Shown one piece after another: positions 42,111-58,000 of a DNA stretch of 64,000 nucleotides (position 1 is the first letter of the stretch; each line of letters opens with the position of its first letter). The stretch lies in NCBI RefSeq assembly GCF_009914755.1, contig NC_060927.1. One strand, given 5' to 3'. Both the position numbers and the translations under genes were made by a program. Below the pieces are notes generated by a model. The model had not been told where the DNA came from. It saw only the letters and a list, made by a program, of their open reading frames with translations, and made no database searches. The stretch comes from the human T2T-CHM13v2.0 reference genome, Homo sapiens.

Positions 42111-42337
42111 CAGAATTTTCAGCCTTGGCACTATTGACATTTTGGAATGAATAATTCTTTATTGCGAAGGACAGTCCTATGTATTGTAGGATGTTCAACA
42201 GCATCCCTGACTTCTACTCACTAGATAAATGTAGCATCCATCCCTTCCTGCACCCAGTTGTGGTAACCAAAAATGTCTCAAGATATTGCCAAATATTTCC
42301 TGGGGGGCAAAATAACTCCATAGTGAGAACTTCCATT
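42111..42337 (-). mobile_element. MER20 hAT-Charlie element, near full length
   Basis: ccttggcactattgacattttgg...ttgtaggatgttcaacagcatccctg...cagttgtggtaaccaaaaatgtctc...tggggggcaaaat. Confidence 0.88.
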
Positions 42338-45103
42338 CTAAAGGAATGATGTATTTACTATGAACACCTGAGTAATCAATCCTCATAGGATCCCCGTATT
42401 TATCACCAGGCCTTCTGGGGCTTTTACCTTTTTAATTGTCTCCTACGAAGTTATTGGCTCCCTCAAAGGTTCACACACAACATTTTGGTCTTTACTAAAC
42501 TAACCTAAGCTGTTTTAGTCATTTCATAATATTTTGATCCTGTCTGACATTTTTGAAACATGGTTGAGATTCTAGAACAGGAGCATAAAATAGCTGCCGT
42601 TTTGAAAACATTTTTCAAATGTTTAAATATTCATGCATAATTGTGATCCACACAAATACCCATCCTGACTGATGCAGGAGTTACTCGCATATGGGACTAT
42701 GACTAGGCAGACAGCACATTTTGAGTCCACCTGTCTGGAACACTTTCCCTGTGGCCCCAACTTGGGTGCAATATATCCAGGAAGGGAGGACAATGAAGGA
42801 GAGGAAGAAATTACCTAACACCTCTATACAAAGCCTATTTCATCATGGTAGTAGAGTCTCTCCCCAGTTTGTCATGTAAGTTTCTAATCTGTCTTTGCTA
42901 TGACCAATAAAATCAGTCCATAAGATTCCAGTCCATCTGCCCCTCCTCTAAAATTAGAGAAGAAAAGATAAACCTGATATCAAAGCATTCCATATGGATT
43001 GGTATTTTCTGTCTTCAGCAGGAAATGTGCTCAATATAAAAATGAAATAATGACATGGTTATCTTTTTTTTTTAAGTTGCAATACTAAATCACTCCTCTG
43101 CACTCTGAGAAGACTGCATTGTGTGCTTTTATTTTTCCCCTCACCCCATGTATCATCAACACTATATCCTATAGCCATAACCCAAGTGACAAGGTTTTGA
43201 TGATTCACAAGTTGAGAGTGCATTTAGCTTAGTTCTCTCCACGTGGCTAGGCATAGCTATGCTTTTAGAAACTATGAGTAGTAGACATGCATTTGTGTCA
43301 TGTCACCTGTGATAGTCTAAGCCTAGAATAAAGAGAATCTGTTCCAGGGTTTCTTCTGTGAGGTTGCTGACCTCACCACAGGGCTATGAAATGTATAGAG
43401 TCTCACATGAGTAGAGTAAAGGGGATGACTTGGTGTCCCAATCAGTATATGCTGCTGAATGGTCAAGTAGGAACACACAGCCATATGTCTCTGTCTTGAT
43501 AAAGTTCACTTACTAAGCTATAGAAAACTAAAGTGGCTTCCTGACTCACAAGGCTTTGGAATTATAATTTCAGTTCCAAAAATCCTAGCAAATACTATCC
43601 AGAACATATGTTTAAAAAAAAGAGAAAGTAAAACATTTCAGCAATAAAAAGATCTGTTGAAATCCATGAATCCTATTCTTAAATTCCTGAACAGTGTTTG
43701 TAAGACAAAACAAGATAGTATATTAGGGAATATGTTGTTTAATTCAGTAAATAAATTAACATGTTGTACCCTAAATTAAAAAATGATTTTAAATTATAAA
43801 TTGTTGAAGCATGGAAGATAAATTAACTTGCAGAAAATCAGGAAGGACCAAACAGAACAACATTGGGTCTTTTAAAAATAGTGAGCTCTCTATCCCTGGA
43901 AGAGTTCAATCACAGGTTACATGGCCATTAGTCAGGAAGTCTGTTAAATGCATTCTACATGAGTGAAATAAGAATTAGATTTAAAAATTATTCTAAATCT
44001 AAAATGTAAAACTCTTAGTATACCTTCTATTCTACCACTAATAGGGGGTAGATCAATTTTTTATTGTTGCTTAATCCTTTGGTCCTTCCTGATTTTCTGC
44101 AAGTTTAATCAGTTAAATTACATTTCATACTTCTTTATATGAATAAGTTTATAATCTACTCTGCCATTTAGCTGTCAATGGTTTCTTCCATTTTTAAAAA
44201 GTTGTATCATAGTATATGTGTGTTCAGTTACACATAGAGCACTTAGCAACATAATAATTCTTCATGTACTTACAAAATCTATATATACACAAAATATTTT
44301 CAAATTATACAATTGATGATTATTATAAGAAAGTACGGTTCTAAGAACAGGTCAGAAAGTTTTATGGATATAAGTATCCTTGAAGCCTTCCTTTGCAACC
44401 TACATAATATGAATACTTGATTTGACAAAAATGATATCTATCATGCATGCTATTTATGAGATCTATGAAGGCAAGGTCTTTTGGAGCTTTTGTAAGATGG
44501 CAGACTTTAGTGAGAAAACCATGTCAGTGGACCTGGATCTGCAGCTTTGTGGTTACAAAAATAAAACCTTGGCAGTCAGTTCAGAGTTAAAAAGGTCAGG
44601 GGAGCAATCCACACTAGCAAGATTAAAAAAGACAATAAGGAAGAATGTTATGTTATAAATTTACATAGAGATATTAGTCTGCCAAGCAAACAAAAACATT
44701 TGTACTAAGTATGGTTGGCACAATGTCTCCCCTAGAGAAAACACTACAGGAGAAGAAAAAATGAAATTAAACTTCACTTGGCAAGCATGAGATTAAAGTA
44801 AAGCCAAAGAGGAAAAATGATCCATATAGCTAGCAGCACCAATTGTAGAAGTTGCATCAAGAATTTTTTAACCTCATGTCCATGGACTGTTGGACTTTTA
44901 AGTTATCTGTGGAACCCAAGTTGTTGTAAGAAAAAAATATGTTTTTATGCACATATTCATTTTCAGGAATGAGAAGGCAACAGTTTCATTAGATTCTCAA
45001 GAGAGCTGATAAAACAAATAATAGCATTAAATAACATGCTATGCCAGATAAACAGGAAAACATGTATCATCTTTGTAAAATTTATTTTCCTTAACCTGCA
45101 GAC

Positions 45104-45798
<695 letters not shown>

Positions 45799-47133
45799 AT
45801 TCTTGGTGTGCAAAATGTCTTAGTATACTTTTCTTTATATTATAAACTTCTGCCCATCAAAATAAATAAAATTATGACACAGATCACGCCATTCTAGACC
45901 TAATTATTTCCCCAGTTTGCTAGCCATATACTTAAGGTCCATTTCTGAGGGTTGGGTGCATCTACAATCAGCAAATGTTGTCCACTGCATATTCTCATGT
46001 TGTAGAAGCATTGTAGAAAAGCTTCCAAATATGTTTCCTCACCACTATCACTGTTAGAGAAAGAACATTGCCAAGGGCATAGCCATTGGAATTGGGGGTG
46101 TAACCCTATGCAGAGAACAGCAGATTTGGATTCATCACCTTTCATCTTTACATATCACTTTTGGTTACTTGTATTCCCGGAAATATGACATAACTACCAT
46201 AAAAGTGAGGCTTTCTTTTTAGACTTAACTTAATCAGATGGGTGGAATTTCATTCCTCTCTCAAGTATTCCGACTGCACATTCCCTCCCATGTGTTATTT
46301 TGCTCTGTAGCTTCTATCTCTGTGGAACACAGGAGCAGAAAACCACCAAAAGAATGAAGAGTAAAATAAAACAAATTGCCAAGGAAAAATATCCAAAAAC
46401 CCATCACAGAAAGAAGGGAAAAATCGAGGTCTCCACAGATGAGTGCTTTTAATTAGAAAGAGAGCTGAACGGCAAAGAGCTTATGCTAATAAGCAGCCTC
46501 TTTTAATCAGCTTATTAAAAAGAAACATTTTTAACAGCCAAAATAGTTTAAAAAATGGTAATTATTAGAAAAGCATTAGCAGGTTGATGGTGGGGGAAGG
46601 AAACGGCTGGTCACGAACTGAAATTTAAAAGCTTTCTGGATACTCCAGCCAGGCCCAGTTGTCCTGAAGAAGTGGGACAACATCCCAAGTGGGCATGTTT
46701 GGTGTCAGCTTCATTTCTTTTTCTGTTATGAAAAACTCTCTTTTCTTTTCCGGGTCCCCTGCTTTCCCACTATTCCGCCTTTCTTTTGGACTTTATTTTC
46801 TCTCTGCCACCCCTTAATCATTTCTAACATGTTTTTCCAAGTACTGTTTCTCTTCCTGCTTTTTCGTTCCAAGGCTTTGGTTCCACTTTCTTTCCCCTGA
46901 TAAATTTGCTTTTCTTCTGTACTGATCTTTGCAGCCCAAACGTGTTCAACCTATCTAACTTGAGTTTTAACATTGAAAAAAAAAACACTAAAGATTGTCT
47001 TCTAAAAAATATTTCCAATACTTTCACTCTTACCTGCCTCATAGATAGAAGTGTCCAAATTGTTATTGAATTATTTTCAAATATGGATTAAAATATTAAG
47101 ATTCTTTATCCTGAAGTAAACTCTTGATTTGAC

Positions 47134-47637
47134 TGAGTTAGTCAGGTCTCATCAGGAAAATGTAATTCTCTATGAGTCATTAAGAGTGAGAGAAATTAAT
47201 GTAGAGACTTGATTAAGAGAGGATGGAAGAGAATGAGAAGTCAACCAGGGGATGACAAGGCAACAAAGTGATTAGTCACGGCAGGAAGCTACTTCTACTC
47301 TCTAGTTAGAAAGACAGAGAAGATGATATTACTTGAACCCAGGGGCAAATTCAGAGCAATGCACGTCTGTCCTGGGGATCTGGGGCTGTAGAAGAGATTC
47401 AGCAGTTGCCCAAGATATCAACTGAGGCAAAAAGGACAGAGAGAAATATTCTAACTGTTCCCTTCCTCCTGCCCTCTAATTTCCCACCATGACTTCCACT
47501 GGGTGAGCCCAGCATGAAGCCAGCTTAATAGAGGAGTCTGGGAACCAAAGACATGAAAGTCAAACTCCTGCCAGGAAGAGAGGAGCAGGGCAGTATGAAG
47601 ATCAGATCTGAGGACTAACTGCCTGGGGCTAGCACAA
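47134..47637 (-). mobile_element. Old ERVL-class LTR (LTR33-like)
   Basis: tgagttagtcaggtctcatcaggaaaa...aaattaatgtagagacttg start and ...gctagcaca end; subfamily uncertain. Confidence 0.45.
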
Positions 47638-48759
47638 TCTAGCTCTTTAGTATTAGAAGAAAATGGATTATTCTATTTTTTTCACTTTTCTATGTGTTAG
47701 CATTTTATCAATGACTGGATTGAAATAGAATTCAAATACCTATTCAAAATTTTCTAAGTTCTCTAAGTCTTAACTACTCAATGCATGTTTTAGCTTTGAA
47801 TCATCTACCCTGAAACAGTGAGAACTCAAGAATTCTTATGCTTGAAGACAAAATTTTCTCTCTGCAGCCATTCAATTTGAAGAGAATCAGGGCTAAGAAA
47901 AGGTATCTGTGCAGCTATCACCTTTATTTATTTCAGAAATCATATGCTGTTACTGAACTAAATGTCTATAGGAATGTGGCAAGGAGATATATGGGATTAA
48001 ATGAAAATAACATTTGTGACGTTTTTCTTTTTTTAACTTAAAGCCAGGCTTAATTTATTAAAAATTATTTGAGGATTCACAATTATAAAATTTGTATTTC
48101 TAAATTATTAATCTGGGCAGTGGTAGAAAAAAACAGGATAGTCTAATTTCAGTAGAAAGTTCCCTGTGCTTGGCAAATCTTTTATTTCTCCCTAGTAAAT
48201 TCTCTTGTGCACTTCCTATAGTAGGTTTCCTAAACTTTTACCGCTGTGCTTTAAAGTCCACATCCCAATGACTTTTAAAATAAAGACCTCTAGGTAACAG
48301 ACTTTACTCAACTTCCCTTCCATTTACTTTAACACTAATAAGTTTATTCATCTTCACTAATTCTCTAGGAAGCACTCTATTCCTTCTCCCTTGAGTCCTA
48401 TGCTATCCTGAGTCTTAAGTCCTGTCCTTTCTCAACTTCTCCAGCAATTGGTTACATCAGGCTCTTTCTTTGAAATGTTCTACTTTATATCTTTTTCAAT
48501 GACAATACCACTTCAATTTTCCTCTATAATCTGGTTATTCCTAAATTTATGTCCTTTGACCTAATCCTTCATCATGTCCTGAATATATTTCCCAAAGCCC
48601 ATCAGGCAAACCCATGTCCTCCCACCTAACATGTCCTCTATGAAGTCATTATCTTCCCTTCCAAACATTTTCTAGTACCAATTTAACTTCTAAGATTGGA
48701 ACCCGTTCCTGTGTCTGTTCTTCCTGCTCTTTGTGTGACTGGGTCATTCTTGTCATTCT

Positions 48760-49000
48760 CCCCATTGCTGCAGTGAGACTAACCTAAGCATGCTATCTTC
48801 AAACAGCTGCCCAGGGACTCTCACACAGCATCTTGTATTAATAATCCACAGAGCACTCTCATCATCAGATAGTGTTATTTATTTGTTTATGTATGTTCTG
48901 TCCCCTCCTTATTAGAAAACAAACTCCAAAAACATCAGGGACTCACATTTATTTATTGCTGACACATAGTAGGTGTTTAATACTTTTGAATAAATGGGCA
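48760..49000 (+). mobile_element. L2 3' end fragment
   Basis: tttgtttatgtatgttctgtcccctcc...gacacatagtaggtgtttaatacttttgaataaatg. Confidence 0.55.
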
Positions 49001-49203
49001 ATGACCTCATTCTATTCATTATCCAGTCAGTAACTGAATTTTGTTGATCTTACCTCAGAAATATATTTCTCCTATTTTTCCTTTAGTTGCTCTTGTTAGC
49101 ATTGTTTTCCTGAACTATTTCAAATGGTTCGAGTGTTCAGAGTCCAGTCTATAAGTAAAACTTCCTTTGTATTATCATCAGATCACATCATCATAGCTAT
49201 TAG

Positions 49204-49579
49204 GTTATCAGGGGATTTCATTCCTCCAAAATATATATGTTGAAGTCTTCATCCTCAGTAGCTCAGAATGTGACTATACTAGGAGATAGAGTCTAAAGAG
49301 GTAATTAAGTTAAAGCGAGGTCATTAGGGTGGGCCCTAATCAATATGACTGATGTCTTTATAAGAAGAGGAGACAAGGACTCAGACCTGCATAGAAGGAA
49401 GACCATGTGAAGGCACAGGGAGAAGATGACCACCTGCAAGACGAGGATCATGGCCCCAGAAGTTGTCAACCCTGCTGACACCTTGAACTTGGACTTTTAG
49501 GCTCCAGAACAGTGAGATAATAAATTTTGGCTGTTTCAGTCACCCCACTATGATATGGCTGTCCTATCAAACTAATACA
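49204..49579 (+). mobile_element. MLT1A-like MaLR solo LTR
   Basis: atatgttgaagtc...cagaatgtgact...gaggtcattagggtgggccctaatc...ccctgctgacaccttgaacttggactt...aaactaataca. Confidence 0.85.
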
Positions 49580-52563
49580 TGTTACAGACAAATAATCTGA
49601 TCATGTTACTTAGCTTTCCTCATAAAAATCTCTATTTTCTTATTGCCCAAGGAGTGAAATTCAAATTCTTAGACAGGAATACAAAACTCTTTAAAATTTG
49701 GTGCATATCTTACTCTTAGCTTTTAACTCATGTCTTTTTCATCTACATCCTATATGCAAACTATATACAATTTCTCACTTTCCCCCAAACATGCCAGAAT
49801 TTTCATGACCCTGCATCCTAGTATGTATTGTTCCCTCTGCATAATTTTTCTTTCTTCTTTGGAGAAATTATAAATTATTTTTAAAAATCAGAATGTATGA
49901 AAAAGTAAGTTAGTTCATTAAACACCTGAGAGATTATAGCCACTTTCTTGGAAATTGTCCCATTATCTTAAAGAGAACCCAAACTGAGGCACACAAGTTT
50001 TGATTCTAAGGAAAGAGAGAAGGGAAAAAGAAAAGAAAAATGGGATGTACTTCAGAAATAATATGCATACTGAGTCCTATGGCCATTTTCATTATGTTCT
50101 TTCTCCTCTAGTTCCATGATTCTTTAAGCTAAAAAAAGTCCCAAAGTAGGCCAAAAGGTAGGTGGCCTGCATTATTGCTTCACTAGTTCTCAGAGGAAGA
50201 GCAAATCAAAGAATATTAGAATTAGAAGAAATCTCAGCAGTCATCCAGTCCAAACTCTTTACTTCCCAATGAGAAAAAAATGAAAAGTCAAATAGGTCCG
50301 ACCTGCTTAAAACCGCCAATTAATGAGTAGTAGAACCTTAATTCAAGTTTCCCAAACAAAAGTCGATGCTCCCTTTATGACATCCTATTTCTGTTTCAAG
50401 CCTTCAATAGTTCCTAGAGTGTAAAACACATTCTTATTCTTCCATCATTTTTCTTTCTATGTTTTCAAACATTCTCTATATTCCTGAATGCAATCTTCTG
50501 AGGTATCATTGCCAGAATACATTTATGGGAATACATAGGAGCATAAATATATATTAAAAATTTTTCATATACAATATATTCTTGACACAAAATTTCAGGA
50601 GTGCAACCACGTTGTGTGCACACAACAGCAGTCCACAATGCTTAAATACATGTGATTTAAAATCTCCTACCTTTTTTTGCAGTACTACCTTATTTTCATT
50701 GTTATGTTTTGATGTGAATGACTATAGCAGGCAAATGCCAGTATTCACAGCCCTAGTCCTAGTTTGTCTGAGAAAATTATGCCAAGCGTGCAGTGCCATC
50801 TGCTCCTGTAGCGATGCCATCCTTCCATTTTTCAGCACCGTGATAAACAACCCAACTGCACATCATTCTCTTAGCTCCACAAGCACCTCGGGGCAAGAAG
50901 GGGAGGGCGTGTCATCCTCCTAAGTTACATCCAAAGTGATGCATATGGCAGGGTGAGGGAAGGGAGAAGCAGTAAGTGAGCACTTGGACCAGTGATAAAT
51001 GGGCTAGCAGCCCTAGAAATTCAAAACAGCTACATGACTGAGAGACTTTCTCATACTTTGCAAATGTCCTGGTAGTGGTGAAGATAAGTCATAAGAAGGG
51101 TAGAGTGGGGTGGGGTGGGGTCGAGACAATGTTCATTTCAGGACACTTTGAAATCAACAAGGCTCACATCAGCTTTTCCATCCCCGATTTTTTTGTGACT
51201 GTGGTCATCTTCTTACTGATAAAGACACGGTCAGGAGATGGATATGTGATTAGAAAACAAGCTGGAAAAATTACATAGAACAGTATGGTATTAATAATTC
51301 ATGCAGGGCTTACATTCCGTTTTCAGTTAGACATAAAAGTAAGGTCACAGAACTCTGATCTCAACAAAGTAATGTGAAAGTTGGGAGAATTATAAGTCTG
51401 GGAGTAACCGCTGCCTGATATTTAAGTTGCTTCTGTTAATGTCCCTACCTCTGTATTGTGCTGGTTTCTGCTTATCCACAATCAATGACAGAGAACTCAC
51501 TACTGTACTCTATCAGACCAGAGCCTTTCTATATACATTCAGACTGTCCAGCCCTTTTTCAATATGTACCTGTCACACGGTTTCTTAATTTGTGAATAAA
51601 GAAAATTGCTATATAGGATCAATATTATCCTCTAAACACACTAATTGATAGACTGAAAAAGTATTTAAGAATGTTTACATGTCAAGAGGCATTTTTGCCT
51701 ACTTGGGAATGAAAATCTTACAAATATGACATAGAAGAATAATATTATGGAGATTTTTAGAGATATTTTTGAAGAAATTGTGGGAACAAAGTAGATAACA
51801 TTTTAGAAAGAAAGAAGTTTTGGGACTATGGTAAATTTACGAGTGTACTCAGGGAAAAAGTCTTTCTGTGGATGAAAACCAGGGAGAAATACCAAACTGA
51901 ATTTTGGCCTGGAACCAAGTATGGAACTCAGAAAGAAGAGACTTCAGTAACTAAGGTTTATCACTAGGTTTCAACTATTAATGTACAGTTGAATTGTGTA
52001 GTTAAACATAAAGTGAAAATAGGAACCTGGCCAATGTTAATCTTTATCAGGCCATATTGACTCATCTGAGACAGTTTAACATCACTTACTTCTCCTCACC
52101 TAAATTATAGTGAAACATCATGTCCTCATAAAGCTTTTCAGATCATGTCAGGTTTAAGTCCACACAGTACAGCATTGAAATCATGGGAGAAAAACAAAGA
52201 GTATGGTGCCCTTGGGAAGATATTTTCAAGGACATATTCTTTAATGCTGACACTATTAATCATCTGGGTGTTAGCAGTTACCAGACTCTGTGCCAGGTAA
52301 TGTGTTACGTACTAGAGATACAAAGATGGAGCAGATAAATGCCCTATTTCTACAAGCTCCCAGATTAAAGGGAAAGATTTATGCACAGGTAACTAATTCA
52401 TTTGGGAGCAGGGAAGGGCCATCCTTCTGGAGAAAGAAATGGTTTCAGAAAGGAAATAGAATCTTACCTTTCAGGACCTTGAAGGATGAGTAGGATTTTA
52501 ACAGCTAGAAAAGGAGAAAGGGAATTTTAGGTAGCTATCATATCTAAGCAAGAACTTTGGGGC

Positions 52564-52686
52564 AAACTGGACACAGGTGCACACACCTGTAATCTCAACT
52601 ACTCAAGAGCCTGTGATGGGAGGATCACTTGAGCCCAAGAGTTTGAATCTGTCTAGCCTGGGCAATATAGTAAGACCCTGTCTCTA

Positions 52687-52687
<1 letters not shown>
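52564..52687 (+). mobile_element. FLAM-like free left Alu monomer
   Basis: Single ~125-bp monomer (cctgtaatctcaactactc...ggaggatcacttgagccc...gcctgggcaatatagtaagaccctgtctct). Confidence 0.78.

Positions 52688-52742
<55 letters not shown>
52688..52742. repeat. (TG)~27 microsatellite in place of the FLAM tail
   Basis: Directly visible. Confidence 0.97.
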
Positions 52743-52744
<2 letters not shown>

Positions 52745-53074
52745 CAGACTATGGGGACAGAGTAAACCGTTTAGTTTATTCCTCCATTTTGCAAATGTTA
52801 GCTTGACCTGTCAAAAACGCAGGGAAAGGAGGCAGGCAGTATTCTCCACCAGGGCCAACGTGCTTAATTTCCAGGCCAGCCACTTTGGAACATTTTGGCC
52901 TTCATGTCTCCCCTTTCCTTCCCCCGACTCACTGAGGTTTCTTAAGCAAGAAGCCAGGCCAAGGATGCCTGTGTACATATGTAGGCATGAGCACACCCAT
53001 GTCTGTGTAGACTGATGTGTGAAAGGCTGGCATTTGGATATAATCCCCATCAGTTCATTAAAATGGACTAAACT

Positions 53075-53398
<324 letters not shown>

Positions 53399-53596
53399 CT
53401 ATGAGAGTCAAGGGAGAATCAGTATTCATCTAAATGTGTCCAAAATAATATCCCCTAATTTCAGAATTAACAGCACATGTGAACTCTTTATCTGATATTT
53501 TTTTCCACTTCCATGCCAAGATGACAAGACAAGTTTTCTGCCTTATCCTGGAAGCTAGTAGTTCTCAGAAGCTTTGGAGACTAGTAGAAGATTCTA

Positions 53597-53891
53597 TATT
53601 TTTTTTTTTTGAGATGGGAGTCTCACTCTGTCATCCAGACTGGAGTGCAGTGGCGCAATCTCAGCTCGCTACAACCTCTGTCTCCTAACTTTGAGCGATT
53701 CTCCTGCCTCAGCCTCCTGAGTAGCTGGGATTACAGGTGCATGCCATCACACCTGCCTAATTTTTGTATTTTTGGTGGAGTGGGGGTTTCACCATGTTGG
53801 TCAGGCTGGTCTCAAACTCCTGACCTCGTGATCCGCCCGCCTCAGCCTCCCAAAGTGCTGGGATTACAGGTGTGAGCCACCACACCCAGCC
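53597..53891 (-). mobile_element. AluS-like SINE
   Basis: Full dimer; TSD agaagaYtct at 53586-53595 and 53892-53901. Confidence 0.94.
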
Positions 53892-54789
53892 AGAAGACTC
53901 TTTAATACATAGTCTTCTGGGTACCGTATATCCAAGAGAGTCCCGAAAAATTAGTATTTTCAGCAAAATCAATAATAGACCCCATTAGATCATACTTAGC
54001 CACAGTTATGGGCCAGCACTACCCTTTAGCATATGTTTATTATTATTATTGTCTTAATTATTACCGATGACAATATCATACTGTCAAAAACTCTTGCCAT
54101 TAAAATTCTAATTTAGAATTTACAAAGTGCTTCTAAGAGCATTATCTCATTTATTTTTCTTATGACCTATAGGATAGCCATTATTGTAAATCCTATTTTA
54201 TTAACAAAGGTTCGTAGATCGAGAAAGATAACTGACTTGCCTAGGATAACTTAGCTATTTCATAGTAGTGTACAGAAAAATCCAGATCTTAACATTATGT
54301 CTTTTGTTGTCCCAGAATTTAATGAGTTGTGCCATATAGAATCATATTCAATGAAGTAAATAGCAGAGTGCTTGACAACAAAACTCATGCTATATTTCTT
54401 CCCTAATCTTAGTTTAAATACATATAATCATTGTATTGTTATCTTTCCTACAAGTACTTGTTTCAAGTAAGGTAACATATTTTTTTTGCTGCCTGAAATA
54501 TAATGTCAAATACAGAGTACCAGGAGCCTGGGGACTTTCTATCTACTCTAAAAGAACATATTCTACTCTTCACTATGGATTTGGTAACATTTCCTTCATT
54601 AAAGAGTTGCCTCCTTTATCTTGACTTTAATTCACTTTCAATTCATCCATCCCTACAAAATATTCAAGAAAGAACCATTTCTGTATAGAAATTAAACACA
54701 AATTATTATCAATACTGGAACGGCTATTTTCTACCTTCATAAATGTCTAAGGTTGTGATTTAAAAAAACAAAACAAAAAGGAACAAATA

Positions 54790-55087
54790 TCAGGCCTGGT
54801 GGCTTAGGCCTGTAATCCCAGCACTTAGGGAGGCTGACATGGGTGGATCACTTGAGCTCGAGAGTTTGAGACCAGCCTGGGCAAGATGGCAAAACCTTGT
54901 ATCTACAAAAAAAAAAAAAAAATACAAATATCAGCTAGGTATGGTGGCATGCACCTCTAGTCCCAGTGCCTCAAGAGGCTGAGGTAGGGGATCACTTGGG
55001 CCTGGGAGGTGGAGGCTGCAGTAAGCAGAGATCGTGCCACTGCACTCCAGCCTGGGTGACAGAGTGAGACTCTGTCTCAAAAGAAAA
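54790..55087 (+). mobile_element. AluJ-like SINE
   Basis: gatcacttgagctcgagag and ggaggctgcagt are J-type; expanded middle A tract. Confidence 0.9.
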
Positions 55088-58000
55088 GGGAGTGTTGGGG
55101 GGAACAAAAGAAAGCTATAAAAGAAAACGGAAAGTAAACTCATTGCTGTCCCTGTGTGTACATCTGTCTTAGAGGCAGGACAAACTGTTTCTGCAAAGAA
55201 TGGATGACCTTAGCTGGAATCCACTGAAGGGACAGAAGGTTAACTGTCCATGTGCCCACCTTGTTGTCATGAGTTCACTACCCTCTTTGCTAAGATATGC
55301 TGCCTCCTTGATAAGATATGTGGTTTCAAGCAACAGTTTCTCTTTTTACAAAACGTGTCCCTCCCATTTGGACAGATTAGCCAAAACAATGAACTGTTGA
55401 ATAAATTATTGTTAATTTAAGGTCGAAACATCTGATTAAACATCAATTTAACTTATGATTTCTCTGATGAAATCCTCACTGGCATTCTGTAATCTGAAAT
55501 CTGGAATTCCTAATTCAGCCACAAAGTTTGGTGTTGATTTTTTTTGAGGAGGCCATGGTTAGTACAAAAGGTAGAGATAGAAAACAGGCAGAAAGTACCT
55601 CAATACCAAGAACACCTTTCTAACAGAAGTTGTTCATGGGAGCCAAGGCCACCCAGCAAATGCTTTACCCATAACGTTAATCACAAGCAGGTGAAGTCAT
55701 TAGCAAAGGATAGGTCAGCAATACAGATAGAGACAGGTGAGATAAGATAATACAGACCCAGAGGGTCATTCCTTTTATGTCAAGACTACAGAGGGCAGCT
55801 CCTTTAAAGAAACTAAATGGAGCTGAGCAAAATGTTACATCAAGAATAGATAACTGACCCATTCCTCAGAAGGGATTACTGCAAGGAGTGGAAGCTTAGG
55901 CTGAAAGACATTTAGGAACAATTCCAGTGCTTAGATTCTATTAAAGATTTCAATTTGCAAATATTTTAATTTTATCTTATGAAAAACTTGCTTTTCTTAC
56001 ACAAGCCAAAATTCAGTTATGTAGCTCTTAAATCATGTTGTACCTTTAAATTTAAATGGATGGTAAATAGAATTATTTGTTAAGACTTAAGTCCTAAAAG
56101 CTGAAAAACTCATTCTGCTTCTCATACATTTGACCAATAGTGACAAATCACCAGCTGTAGGCAGCCCAAGAGGCCAATGTTTATTAAATGTCTCACTCGA
56201 CCCCAAATCTCATGAATTGTTTAACATACAAGACAGACAAAAAGCCAGTATTTCTCCTTGTGTCAGCTCTTGTTAGGAGCGTCTCTGCTCCTCTCACTGT
56301 TGGCTAGAAACAACATTAACATTCATTGTTCTTAAACACATGGGAGACCAAGGAGTCCCTGTATACACAGCCTATCCTATGCCACATGTGTGCCAATGTG
56401 CACCTAGTCCATAAGCACAAAGAAGCAAATGTTAAGGCCACATTGATGGTACCCACTTAAGGAGGGCAAGGCAGTTGGCAGTGTGTACTGTCACCACGAG
56501 GGGCAACTGAAATGTGCTGGAGAAAGAACTCAGTAATCTCACACCAAAAAGAAAACCTCATGAAATCAATTGTGTAGACAAAGTGAGACTTTTCAAGCCA
56601 TCCATTTAAAGCCAGTCATAATAGAATTGGCTTTAGGTGGCCTGTGACCTGCAAGACAGATGCTTATCCAGTCTTTGAAGTAGCTAAAGAATTTTGTCAC
56701 TGCTTTTTTCTCATGCTGCCTTTCTCAATAATGTACGAAAAAAAAAAAGAAGGAACACTATCAGCGTGATGATGGGTGGTTCATTTGGAAAATCTCTAGA
56801 GGCTCTTGTAATCTTATGAATTCTCGTGATTCTAAGTGACTAAACATTTTTAATGAATAAAAATTTTCTCAGCAAAGTAAATATTTCAGCATTATGAACG
56901 TGAATAACTTGAGGAAAACCTTAATGCACTAAATGTCTACTTAACAGGCATTCAACTCTACCATTTCTGTAAATAGTGTGGTTTCGGCTAGCTCCGCAGA
57001 TGTCATCATGAACTTATGGGATGTTTTCTTCTTTGCAACAGCCTCCAGAAAGTCCAACTCTGACCCCCATTGTCAAGGATTAGGGGCACACTATACTTAA
57101 CTGGAGACATAAGTACTGATCAACAAAGAGAGAAACCTATTTGGTTTACAATAACCTGACCATCTTAAGAAAGAGGCTTTAATTATTCAATCAGTCCAGC
57201 CCTTTCTGGACTTCTCGAATCAATACGACATTCAACTAAACCAGCAGTTCCAAAGATGTTCTAGCCTTGGATTATTATCAGAAATATGAAGCACAGCACA
57301 TGGCCCCACCCTTTCCCCCCTTTCTTCATAAAGAGAGAGCTAGGAATTTTCTTGATATATTACTATTGCAAAGGGGTATGAGAAATGGACGCATTTTGCA
57401 ACTTAAATAAATACAGAATACGGAAAATAAATACAGAAAAAAAAACCTCTTCACCATTTGCACATACTGACCAACGTGATTTGTAGTAATCAGTTGTCAC
57501 CCATGGAACTACAGAAAACAAGAGGTGATATTTTCCATTAGCCACATCCAAACCCCAAACAAAGAGTTCCTATGGTGGTGGTTATAAACATCAGCTAAAC
57601 TCCCTGGAGAGACACATTTTTCCTAGAACATTACATATAGGTGATACATATAGCATGTTTTTATTACTCTTATTTGTCTTTTATCTTTTACATGTCTTTG
57701 CAGATGGTAATTCACAGCAACCCAAAATAAGACTACAGAGGCAACAGAAAAGAGCACTACATAATGTTAAGCATAATAAACCTTAATAATTTTCTCTCAC
57801 TCGTTCACGTAGCTGGAGCTAGGCTACAAGAAGTCCTGTGGAGCTTCCTTTTCTAGGCATGAACATTTCTCATTTGTTTAACATTGTGAATCAGCAGTTA
57901 TTGTGCTTCAGTGAACCCAGAAGTTTTAAAGCAGGAAGAAAGTAAATAAATAAATCCGACAAAGTTTAAAACTTAAGAATGAAAGACAATGGCAGGAAAA

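Noticed and set aside
50611-50626. Perfect 16-bp palindrome gttgtgtgcacacaac containing back-to-back MRE cores
   Set aside because: About one such palindrome is expected by chance in 64 kb (64000/4^8), and nothing else supports it.
50582-50923. 113-aa ORF, and other non-repeat ORFs of 60-103 aa
   Set aside because: Many use non-ATG starts, none has a recognisable domain or splice context, and lengths are within random expectation.
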